Below are positions 1 through 11,750 of a stretch of DNA of 64,000 nt, one piece after another (position 1 is the first letter of the stretch; the number at the start of each line of letters is the position of its first letter). Under the pieces are notes generated by a model. It was not told the DNA's origin, did not search any database, and saw only the letters and a list, made by a program, of their open reading frames with translations. The DNA is from the human T2T-CHM13v2.0 reference genome, Homo sapiens, in the NCBI RefSeq assembly GCF_009914755.1, contig NC_060928.1, one strand, 5' to 3'. A program made the position numbers and the translations under genes.

Positions 1-1124
1 TGAATTTGTACTATGGTAAGCCACTAATATCTTAAGGTCCGTCTGTTACAACAGCTAAAGTTATTCTAAAACAGATGGTATCCAGAAATAGACCGTAGGA
101 AAAAAATAATGTTGCAAAAAAATTGTCAATATTTTTGTATGTCTATTTCTTCTTCCTTGTTCCTTTTTAAAATTTTAATTTTTTTACTTTAACAGCCTTA
201 TTTAAGCTCAATTTGCAGCTCTTTGCCCCTTACTGTAGCCACTTCCAGAATTCCAAACTTCTGCTTAACCTGGCACTACATCTACAGAAACTATAGCAGA
301 GGAAGCATTAAAACAGATTGCCACTGAACACAGTGCTCTCTACAAACATGGAAGCCCAAACCACTCAATACAGAAGACATGAAAAGACACTAGAGAATCT
401 ATTCTATGTACACATTCATAGTCATATTCTTTTTCTTTTTCTGCTTTCTGTCCTAGAAGACAAATCAGCGTGCAGGGGCTCAAAATGAACAACCTGAGTT
501 GTTCATTTGACAAGTGACAGCCTGAGATCATTCTATTAAAACTCTACCCCCAAACAGCCTTTCAGTGCAAATTAATTCTCTGGGCTTTTGCTTCTATGGT
601 TTGTTATGGTGACTGTTATAATGACTGAATTGATCTAGCTATGCTGGTATTTTACACTCATACTGCCTCCTACAAGATAAATGGTTTGTTCCCTCCATCA
701 ATAATGATAATACCCTGCTATTATAGAAAAAATACAGTTACTACACATTTAAAAGCACATTCTTTGAGTCCAAATATAAATTTTTAAATATTATAATAAG
801 TAGGAATATAAAAAGGAGTAATTAAAGGAATATTTGCTGAAAAACTTCAAGAAAATTTTATACCTAGTTTTCTTAACTCAAGAGGCAAAGCTCATACTTC
901 CACACGATTTGCTTCTGTTAAATGATAATTAGATGATTTGCGAGTTTGTTTTGAGTAACTGGCAGTTTAAAAGAGCAGTCATAAGATGTAAGATCTACAA
1001 ATAACTAACAGCTTAATATGAACCATACACGATGAGGATAGGATAAGATACAACAAAGATGTTTACAAAGAGGGTGGTATCACTTAAAACTTACTTGCCT
1101 GAAAAACATCTTATAGAAATATGG

Positions 1125-1330
1125 GGGACTTTGAAGAGGGACAGACCTGGGTTTATATTTCAGTTCTGTCTCCTGCTAGATGTGCACCCTTGGGCAAATT
1201 ATTTGACTGGTCCAATGCTCACCCTTCTCCTCTGTAAAATAGGTATAGTAACTCTCTAGGTCACGGGGTGGTCTGAGAACTGGTATGTTAAGTGACACAT
1301 GGTAGGTAGCTGCTATAAATTGTAGTTATT
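1125..1330 (+). mobile_element. MIR SINE
   Basis: MIR core: agacctgggtt...ttgggcaaattatttg...ctctgtaaaatagg. Confidence 0.7.
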
Positions 1331-2198
1331 AGTATATCAGGAAAAGACATAATTTGACTTAAAAATCTTATCATTTTTTTCATTATGAAGTAAAGGTATC
1401 AGAGGTTTTCATCTAAAAGTTCTACTGAGATTTCTTTCCTAATTCATCTACCACATTGGCAGAAATAGCATTGCAAGCTTAACTTGGCCAAGTCTGCTTC
1501 ATTCATCTGTCAACAAGATTCTAGGGTTCAAACCGAGCTGACAATTGTTAAAGGTGGACAGGACAGAGCAGGCTGCACAACAGAGTCGTATTTCACACCT
1601 CAGAGAGTTCTCCACGACCAACAATAACATCATATCTCTGTCAGTCAAGCATAATTATAGGGCTTGATAGACTGATACAAATAAAACAGCCAGTTAAAAA
1701 AAAAGGTCTCCTGGCTCTTTTCTGGCTATAGTTACAGGACTTGCTTGATGCTGTGACCTGTGAATATTAGAATAACACTTCTTTTTGGGACAAAGAGACA
1801 GAGAGACTGCACCCACTATTGACTCTGAAAAGGATCAAAACTATGTGTAAAATTTGCTCCATTTAAAAACCCTAAAGTCATTTTGTAAATTTTGATCAAA
1901 CTCTCTCTGCTTCCTATTAAAGTGCAAACTTATTTTTAAGTGATCCAAAATAGAAGGTACCATTTGATAGTCACATAATACAATGGACTGACAAATCATT
2001 CTAGCAAATACAGTTGTGATATCTGAGCTTGATGCTCAAAGCACATGCACAGAGTCCATTAGAACAATATTCTAATATGTGTTACCTTTATGAGAAAGAA
2101 AATAGAAAAAAGTATGTGATATTCACTTAAAAACAAATTATATACATTATCACAAAATTGCTCTGTTGCAGCCATTTTTAGCAGAGACTCCTCTGATA

Positions 2199-2230
<32 letters not shown>

Positions 2231-2232
2231 AT
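2199..2232. repeat. (TG)n microsatellite
   Basis: About 11 GT units followed by (ATGT)-like units. Confidence 0.9.
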
Positions 2233-3022
2233 AAATATATGTATCTCAAAATACATAAGGCTGAGTAATAAGCTGAAAGCTTCCTGGAGAATAAATTGAT
2301 ACACGGGATCTAATTCAAGTTGTATTTCAAGTTTAAATTATAAATGATCTCAATATGCAAGACTATAAAAACTGACAAAAGAAACACATAGTTATATATC
2401 CACACATAATTCTAGTGGAATATATCCAAGTTTTCCAAAACATTCTAAGTAAAGTTGCAAATATATGGTTGCTAAATTAAATTTTATCATTAATACTTTT
2501 CTTTTTTGTTTCTTTTAATCTTACAGTGAGATCTGCCATTATCCCCTGGGCCATCTAATTTTTTATTAGTTAGTTTGTTTGTTTTACTGAGTGTCCAAAT
2601 GTCTCTTGCACTATTGGAGCACATTTTATAATGAAGTGAAAGTGAATGACAGCAAAATATACATCAAGATCCCAGGTTACACTTTCTAATCTGTCTGTAC
2701 ACATGAAGCCACAGCACCATGGGAACTGCGGGCCAGAAGGAAGTTTGAGAAATTTACTCGATGTAGGTTCTGTGCCAAGGATTGCTCACCAGAAGCAAGA
2801 CTAACTTCTCAGACCAATTTTGTGCTTTATATTTAGAGTGCAGAATGGAGGCAAGGGCAACTGTGATTAAGATGACAATATATGCCTCGATAGCACACTT
2901 GAGGAGATAGTTGAATAATGTTTTAAAAGATACAAAGTAGGACAATACATTTCTCTAAAAATTAAAATTACAGAAACTGTCAGATTTTAGTTCAGGAAAA
3001 AGAAGTGAAAGGAAAATATATA

Positions 3023-3449
3023 CAGTTGACCTTAAACAGCATGGGTTTGAACCACATTGGTCCACTTATATGCCAGTTTTCCTCCTCCTCTGCCGATAAC
3101 AAGACCAACGCCTTTTCGTCCTTCTCCTCCTCAGATTATTCAATGTGAACATGGTGAGGATGAAGACTTTTGTGATGATCCACTTCTACTTAATGAATAG
3201 TAAATGTATTTTCTCTTCACTGTGATTTTCTAAATAATATCTTTTCTCTAGCTTATTGTAAGAATGCAGTATGTAATACATACAACATATAAAATGTATA
3301 TTAATTAACCATTTGTGTTATCAGTAAGGTTTTCTGTCAATAGTAGGTTATTGGTAGTAAAGTTTTTGGGGAGTCAAAAGTTATCTGTGGATTTCTCACT
3401 GAGCAGAGGGTTGGTGCCTCTCACCCCCACATTGTTCAAGGGTTAACTG
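3023..3449 (+). mobile_element. Tigger2a-like Tc1/mariner non-autonomous DNA transposon
   Basis: Terminal inverted repeats cagttgaccttaaaca / tgttcaagggttaactg, flanked by TA on both sides. Confidence 0.85.
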
Positions 3450-4144
3450 TACATAAAATTAAGGTGATGTAAAAATAGGAATAGTCCCTAGAAATTAAAA
3501 TTGTCAGTAATTGGGTATTGCCTCTAAATAAACATACTGATGATAAACTTATTTAACTGTAATAATCCCATTGTTCATTAATATTTACTCAGATATAAAA
3601 AATATGCCAGAAATTTGTTATAAAGCCACCTACTCTAAAGCAAAATTTGATGGAAGGCAGATACTTTTTAGACATTATACATGGAGATTTAGGAATTGGA
3701 GGCTCAAGAAGATTTCATCATAATGTATTTTACCCACAAGGAAGCCCATGATATTGGGTCCTAAGTACTATGGTAGGGTTGTATTGTATTAGTAAAGATA
3801 GCATAATCAATGTTTTTTTTCTCTTTTGTACAATCAATGTTTTTTCATCTTATCAAATATAAGCAACTTGAATTATCTTCCAGTCAGTATGGAAACTCAT
3901 GATTATACTTTATTTCTTGGATTTGATGCTGTTTGCCAAACATATTATAACTTCTTTAAAATGTAGTCAAGGTGGGACAGTATCAATACTTGTTTTATAG
4001 ATTAGCCATTTTGCAGTTTCGGCCATAATTTTATATTATATGTGATTATTTTAATCAAGGAATATGATTTGACCCATGGCCTGACAAACCCATGTAACAA
4101 TGATCCACGTTATAACACAACTATAATTCATAAGGAATGGAATA

Positions 4145-4370
4145 AAGTGGTAAACTGAATCGATTTGAAATCAGACATATCTAATTGAATTTCAACTTTG
4201 CAAATCCTCTAGCTGTGCAACCTTTGGTAATTAACCTCTATGAGCCTCAGTTTCCTCACTGAACAATAGGAATGGTAACATCAGAGGGTTGGTGTGAGAA
4301 CAAAATGAAATTATACATGTAAAGTACCTAGAATATTGCTTGCCTTACACTAGGGGCTTAATGCTAATTC
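4145..4370 (+). mobile_element. MIR SINE
   Basis: MIR core: tgagcctcagtttcctcact...ggttggtgtgagaa...catgtaaagtacctagaa. Confidence 0.7.
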
Positions 4371-5494
4371 TCTCTTATTTCTATATAATAAGAAAAGGAG
4401 GAACAATTGACATCTTTAGGTAGAAAATTTGGACTAACAGATGGCCTCAAGAAAGCGAGAGCTATATGGTTGCGTGATTTTTCGAGGAATCAAAGAGGAA
4501 GTACTAGAATCCTGAAGAATTCATAAGGCAGAAATGAGATTTAACTACCTCTTGCCATAGCTAATGTGGATTCCAAAAAAAGAAGCCTTGAACACTCTAC
4601 TCCAGCCGTAACCTCAGGAGTTTCCTCTGGGTAGTAGTGGTTTGTTACTTACTTAACATGAAGAGACTTAAGTATGAAGCCAAAAAGTAAAGACTCCTAG
4701 ACCTAAGGCATGCCATCTGCCTAGCATTAAGCAAGAGCTGAAAGTCAGTTACAGAAGCAAAGTCATTTCTAACATGATTAATGTTCCATCCTTGAACGTG
4801 GCAGGAAGACTGCAAAAGATATTTGGAGGCCAACGTTTCCTCTGAATAAAGTAAATAAGTACACGCTAAGCCCCTGTCCCTGGACCATGCTGGCCTGTTA
4901 GATAAGTTGCCAACGTGGAGTCTGCGAACCTTGGAGCAAACTGACTATCCAGGATGAGAAAATATCTCAAGGCCAATGATCATTGCTACCGTAAATGCAC
5001 ACTGCACAGTATAAACACTGGGGTCAGATACAGATATCCAGGATATTACTCAAAAACACATCTAGCTCAGAGCTGACAAGATAATCTGTTCCTGTGAGTG
5101 CAAAACAGACTGGAATGCTGCAGCTATGACCTACTCAAGGAAAGAAAAAAGAAAGTGAAACTCTCCAAGGGCTCCATCTCATGTTCTTTATGCAGGCAAA
5201 ACTCCAACAGACTTCAAAGGGAGTGTTGCCTAAGGAGGGAGGACTGGTCCAAGCTCACTGGGGGTATCATTTCCATGATCATGTTGCCATCTACATTTGG
5301 CAGACTGGCAAATGCAAATATTTCAGATACAAGTTTAAACAGATGAAAAAAGAAGTGTGAAATAGCTTGGAGATTTGCTTGCAAAAGAAACCTCAGAATT
5401 CCAGGAAAAGGATTTAAAATCAGAATCTTCATAAGTTATCCAAAAATCCCACGAGGGTATTGGTGTGTGATCATATCAAAAATAAACGTTTTTC

Positions 5495-5735
5495 ATCATA
5501 TGTTCTCACTCATAAGTGGGAGCTAAGCTATGAGGATGCAAAGGCATAAGAATGACACAATGGACTTTGGGGACTCGGGGGAAAAGGTGTGAAGGGGGTG
5601 AGGGATAAACGACCACAAATAGGGTGAAGTGTATACTGCTCAGGTGATGGGTACACCAAAATCTCACAAATCACTGCTAAAGAACATGTAACCAAATACC
5701 ACCTGTTCCCCAATAACCTATGGAAATAAAAAAAT
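5495..5735 (+). mobile_element. L1 3' end (older L1PA/L1PB type)
   Basis: atgttctcactcataagtgggagctaagc...G-rich tract...cctatggaaataaaaaaa. Confidence 0.85.
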
Positions 5736-5824
5736 TTAAAACAAATTTAAATGGACATATATTGCATTCTAACATCACATGATCACAAAATTGTGTATCT
5801 AAAAAATAATTTTCCAAACTTTAA

Positions 5825-6131
<307 letters not shown>

Positions 6132-6267
6132 ACTTTAAGTATACTCTTAAAAGGTCAGTAACATTTTTCTAATAGACATAGAGACTATATTTTGGTGTTT
6201 TAACAAAGTTTTAACATACACAATCCTGATAAATGCAAACAAGCCAAAGTGCAGCAAACATACTTAC

Positions 6268-6275
6268 AGGAGGAC
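6268..6275 (-). CDS. COL25A1: COL25A1 8-nt coding microexon (GTCCTCCT, completes Gly-Pro-Pro; phase 1 to phase 0)
   Basis: The minus strand reads cactaac, then ctctctctctcttctctctccacctgctccccacatag|GTCCTCCT|gtaagta. Joined to the 45-nt exon it gives ...GES-GPP, continuing the collagen XXV sequence. Confidence 0.9.
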
Positions 6276-6322
6276 CTATGTGGGGAGCAGGTGGAGAGAG
6301 AAGAGAGAGAGAGGAGTTAGTG
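6276..6322 (-). promoter_or_regulatory. 3' splice-site module of the microexon: branch point, polypyrimidine tract, UGC motif
   Basis: CACTAAC branch-point match at 6322-6316 (branch A at 6317, about -42), an AG-free pyrimidine tract, and TGC at -14 to -12. Confidence 0.7.
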
Positions 6323-8234
6323 AATATGCAAAATATTAAAATCAAACAAAAGATATGAGCATAATCATCAGCATGACATAATAGACATGGAAGTTTTTTA
6401 AAATTCACTGATTCTTAATCATTTTTAGACCATGGAGCCTTTGAGACCATTTCAAAAAAATTTATAATTGCACACAAAATTTTACATAAAATTTCAAGTA
6501 ATTTTTAGATTCCCTGAAGCCTGTCTATGAATTACTGAGATGTTCATGTATCTTAAGTAAAGACTAATTTATAAAAGTTTAGAGAAGTATGAATTATGAG
6601 AATATTTGGTAATTTATGATAGACCAGTTATAGAGAATTGATATATAACTTCTTGAGTTTGATAAAACAGCCAAATGAGAAATGTACCAATTATTTGTCC
6701 TTAGAATTTTTTATTCATCATTATTGTAAATATGCAAAAGACTAGGTCCTCACGTTTATGTAAGTTTCTTTAAAACCATCAAAACAGGCAAAGTCTAAGA
6801 CAATTTTAAATATTTCACACACCATTATGCTCAATTAAAATACTAGTTCTAAGTAGCTAGGAAGTTGGAAATTGGCTTTTATTTTCTATGAAACTTTGTA
6901 TAAGCATAAATTTTTCACTTTTTCCCCAAAATCCTCTTTCTTTTGACAAAGATCAAAGATCATTTCTATGATTATCTGATTCCACTAATGTTTTATCATT
7001 TCTTTTTCCTCAAAACAAATTTATAAAGTGTCCTCTATTAGAAAACTTTGCACTTTGTGAAGGAATACCTATACAAGTTTCCAATTATTTAGATTCAATG
7101 AGCTTTAAAGGTAGCTTTTGACAATACTCTTTAAAAAAAATAAGCAACTACACTGCTCAAATTAATAAATTTTCACAAATGCTTTTTACTTTTACATCTT
7201 TCTTAAAATGGAAGAGAAAATGAGGCAAGAAAAAAAACCACACATTAATCTGCTATCAGCTCTTGATAGGTTAATGTTTCTGTTTCAATACTTAGTAGTT
7301 GATTATTTTTAATATTGAAAAATACTTAGAGAAAATACTGAAAAATAACAATTTACAGCATGCTAGAGTCAAACCTTAAATTACTTTATCTTGCATGTAA
7401 GAATTAATTGCCTGATAAGACTTTATGTGGTCATTTCCAAAAAAAGAAAAACAGTAAGTGAACTCATTTATACAGATCACCTCAGTTTCAAAAGAAATTT
7501 TACTTGACTTTTCTGTTTTACATTGGGGATTTGTTTTACATATAGGGATTTGGCCTGAAAGCAAGAATGTCCTGAAGTAGGAATCAGGACAATTGGTTCT
7601 GTTTCAAGTTTTGCCTTGGCCAAATCACCTGACTGCTATGGGCCTCCATTTCCTCAACTACAAAATGAAAATTCTAGATTGATTACTAAGGCTCTTGTCA
7701 TCACTAAAATTCCATGGTTGTACAAGAAGGATAAAACATTCCCAAATTTTGAAAACGGTAAGAGTAAAAGCATGACAGAATTGTGCCAATTGGATAAAAT
7801 AACAACACAGCTTTCTAAGACATGTGCCCTAGTGTCCCAAGGCAGATGTTTTTGCAAAGGACCTCCATTGACTGACCACCTATATAGATGGAAACGTGGG
7901 TGATGCTATCACACCGTGTGCAGCTGAGAAACACGCCATTGTACATAGAAAGGACAGACTTAACTTGACCCAGTAAATAAGCCCCAAATGGGTACCAATT
8001 GTTACTAAACTGCAATTAACAATACTTTGCAAACTTCTCCTTTTTACAGTTTAATAGAAATAAGGAGAAGATTAAAAAATAATAAATAAACAAATACAAC
8101 TAGGTCTAGCAGAGAAAGATTTAAACACACACATATAACCTCCAACAAGACAATATTATCATTAATTAGGAAGAACAGATGCCGGAACTTAACCAGAACA
8201 TGAGTGACACAGAGCAGCTGAAAGAGAGACTTAC

Positions 8235-8279
8235 CAGATTCTCCTCTTCGGCCTCTCTTACCTCGTTTCCCTGGAGGGC
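8235..8279 (-). CDS. COL25A1: COL25A1 internal coding exon (45 nt, phase 1-1), start of the first collagenous domain
   Basis: The minus strand reads ttgtatttcag|GCCCTCCAGGGAAACGAGGTAAGAGAGGCCGAAGAGGAGAATCTG|gtaagt, which translates as (G)PPGKRGKRGRRGES(G). The Gly-X-Y pattern is perfect and the splice sites are canonical. The peptide matches collagen XXV (CLAC-P) after EAPSECNCPA as I recall it. Confidence 0.95.
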
Positions 8280-9708
8280 CTGAAATACAAAGGATAATTT
8301 TTTTAGTGTAGTTTAATTCTTTTTCCTGGTTCCAAAATAGCTAGTAAATAATTTATATATATTTTCTCATTGTTTTTAACTACCAACTTCAAGAAAGGGA
8401 TCAGATATTTGTAAAGGTCAGTATTGTCTTTAGTGTTTCAGCAAAACTCTTAAGGTTCATTTAATTATAAAAGCTACTCTAGATACATGATCATCTAGTG
8501 TTACTTAAGAAAACTAACGATTGGGAATTTTTGTTCATCCTGCTTTAATATCATCAATAAAGAAAGGGTTTGCTAAGAAAATTGGTAGTTGAGTTTTATA
8601 TTTCTAAGAAATATTTCTTTTCAGTATATGAATAATTAAAGTACTAATTAATAATTTAAAAGTACTAAGTCCAAATGATTTACAGTTTCTTTTCAGTCAG
8701 GTCCATCATAATTTTCTGAAAATGTTTAGTTAGCAGTTAGTTAAATGTATATATTAGTAATGGAAAATAATCCTTACAAATATTTATATTTCATTAAATG
8801 TGAATATATTGGAATTTCACCGATCAACAACCACCTGAATAAAATCACAACCTTTTTAATAAGACAGTGTTTAGGTAGTAATTATAGGCCTGATTTTTCT
8901 ACAAGGGCAAGTTCATTATTGTCATTCAATAAATAGTTAGCCTTTATGATGATCCCATTTTAAAAGCAGAGAAAAAAACTTGTTTTTTTTTTTTTGGTAA
9001 GTTACCGGTAAAGACCACCAAGCTAGCATGTATCAGACTTCGCACAAGATTCTAGACGTTCATGGCTTTCAAGCCATTATTCTCAATTATATAATTTCTG
9101 TCCTCATTTCCTTGGGCAGGAGTAGCCTTGCATTGAATTATGGTTCAGGCAAATAGAAGAGAATAATTAGCCCACAATGAGAATTGAGGTCTTACAATAT
9201 TTGCCAGGAGAAGAAGGCCAAGGAAAATACAGAACTGCCTGATTTTAAAGAATGAGCTGCTAAGTAGGACTGATGACTTCCAAACTTTAGAAAGTTCAAG
9301 ACACAGGCAGCACAGGCCTTAGTATCCAAGCGACTTTCAATGTGATCCTGAGCTACTGGCTCCCACATGGAAACACTATCATGAGAAACAAAAACATCAG
9401 TGGGGCAGTTAGTTTCCTTCCAGTCCCTTACACAGAATAAGTCTGACCGTCTGTATTTTGTAAGAGGTTAAGAAACAATTGAGCAATAAAACCAATCGAA
9501 AATATTAGGAGAATAAGCTTTGTAGCAAAGTCCAAAACTGCCAATAGAAATTTCAGATTTCTTTCTATATTCTAGAATAAAGGGATGTTTTCATCATATT
9601 CAAGGTATCTTGGCCAGATTGGGAACAGGAGAAGAATCATATAAATGAGTAAATGAGCCCAGAGAACCCTAAAAGGTACGAAAATATAAAGTTAATACAT
9701 CTGTTCAA

Positions 9709-9709
9709 A

Positions 9710-9759
<50 letters not shown>
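9709..9759. repeat. (CA)n microsatellite
   Basis: About 25 AC units with one interruption. Confidence 0.95.
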
Positions 9760-9763
<4 letters not shown>

Positions 9764-9884
9764 TAATCTGATATATAAAACTTCCTTAAGACTAAGAATT
9801 ATATTTTTTCTAGTATAACATCACTTAAACTAAGAACTCTCTAGCAACTACTATATACTTATAATGTCTGTGGTTCACATGGTA

Positions 9885-10129
9885 GGACCATTAGAAGCCA
9901 TTGTGGAAGAGATGACAGACGAGAATTTTCCAAAACTGAATATAGCAGTCCTATGATTGAACTTATATTTCAAGTGGCATGTAAAAATAATTCACCCTAA
10001 CCATGTGGAAGGAGAAACTTAGGAATATTCAAAGATTAAAAAAAAATGTTAGGAAATACCAGAGGGAAATTATAATGGAAAGTACTTTGACTGACCGTTG
10101 TCTCACCTACAACAATGGTGCCAGAAAGG
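9885..10129 (+). mobile_element. Old L1M-type ORF1 fragment
   Basis: EAIVEEMTDENFPKL resembles the L1 ORF1 motif EEIMAENFP. It is followed by decayed PRHII-VKL..KDKEKILKAAREK and RLTADFS..TMEARR-like sequence. Confidence 0.6.
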
Positions 10130-11750
10130 CCCAGCCCTGATTTGTACATGTCTTAGAGGCCTCTAATTATTACTTATTTATTGGGAAGTAGCTTATTTGC
10201 CATTTTCTCCCTGAAGAATGTGTCTTTCAACAGTGGATTTCATCAAATAAAAACAATAGATTGCACAAATGTTTAAGAAATAACTTGAATAAATTTTTAC
10301 TTAACAGACAGAAGATTATGAAAAAAATGATTAAAGAAGCACTCACATCTTTTGAAGAAATCAAAAACCAAAATATGAATATTTCTGAACATATCTGGAT
10401 TAAATATTCAATCAGAAGGTTTAAAGAAATGAATCAAATGCTGTGGAAAATCTGCTTGTCATACTGAGAATTGAAGAACAGGATGCAAGCAAACTCAAAC
10501 AGCACTTGGCAAGACAGACATCTATTGAATATGGTAGGGTTTTACAAAGCATGTCATAATATTTGACAGAGAAGATGAATTTAAACTAAGTTATGAGAAG
10601 ATGGAATCTAAACTCTAATGAATTTACAAAGAAAATATTGGATTTAAGAAAAGCAGGTTATAATTATTATTGGAATCAGAAAACTGCAGGGAGCATTATA
10701 CTGACCTTGCTGAACTAATAAATTATACAAAACTCTCAGAAAAGCCTAGGTAAAGATCTTGCTTCTAAGAGAATAATTTGATGTTTGAAGAAGTCTACTG
10801 TGCAGATAAGATAATTTGATCTTGCTTCTGAATTTAAAGACAAAAAGAATAATAAAAATGAAATGGATGAGATGAATTTGGCAATGGATAGCTGGCAGAA
10901 CAGAGTGAGAAGATAGAAAATCAGAAAAGAAAAATCAGACAAAACTGATGTTAACAATTGTCACAAAAGATAGTGGCCATTTTCATTCCAAAGTGAGTGA
11001 TGAATTGTCAGCCAGGCATGAGCTGTATGAACACATACAGAAGCTGGAACATGGCTCTCATTCACTAAACTTGGTCAGATCTTTACAACAGAAATTCTCA
11101 GTAAATTCTATCAGCAGAAAAACATGACTCTGCAAAAGAAACTGGTTCAAGAACATGAATGGGAAGAGAAAAAACAGAAGCTATCAGCAACAGAGGAAGT
11201 GAAAACTTACAAGCAGAAAATTCATTCAATGAAGAATGAATTACAGAAAACAGAGAGAGACGACAAAACCAGATTGCTCTTCAGGATTAGAAAATTCAGG
11301 ACAATTGGTACTATTCATGCTTCAGAAAGAGTTCTTGCTAACTTTCAAAAATAGATGCAAGCTGTCAGCCTGAGATAGAATTAGTAAAAATTTGCCATCA
11401 TGGTAATTATTTAAAAACCAGTGACTATAAACCCAACTCCAGACAGACCCCGTTCATCAAATAACAAAGGCAAGCCTCCTAAACCATGCCAGTTCTTTTG
11501 GCCCATGACTAATATTGTTTGAACGCTCTATTCCTCACTAATGATGTATCCACTTGAAAAGGCTCTTCTCTAAATTTAGAAATGTACCTAGAAGGAAACA
11601 TATGCCACTCCATGGGCCCTCACATGATCGTGAGGGTGGGTGGTTATTGGAAGTAGCTGGAATACCCTTCCCTGGCTCATCAGGTGAATTACCAAAACCC
11701 GTCAATTCTACCCCTAGTACTTAGATCTGTTCACTCTTCTCCACTCCTAA
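10130..11750 (+). pseudogene. Ancient processed pseudogene fragment of MIA3/TANGO1 (TM segment, coiled coils, start of proline-rich region)
   Basis: Colinear translated blocks against recalled TANGO1 sequence: PSPDLYMS*RPLIITYLLGSSLFAIF vs [47 protein letters not shown] vs [37 protein letters not shown] vs ILNELYQQKEMALQKKL; EEVKTYK..ELQKTER; NQIALQD*KIQDNW vs NQIATHEKKAHENW; SFGP; WLLEVAGIPFP vs WSAEASGKPSP. It has no introns and many stops and frameshifts. Confidence 0.85.

Noticed and set aside
5098-5432. Overlapping ORFs near the microexon
   Set aside because: I recognise no protein similarity or exon boundaries.
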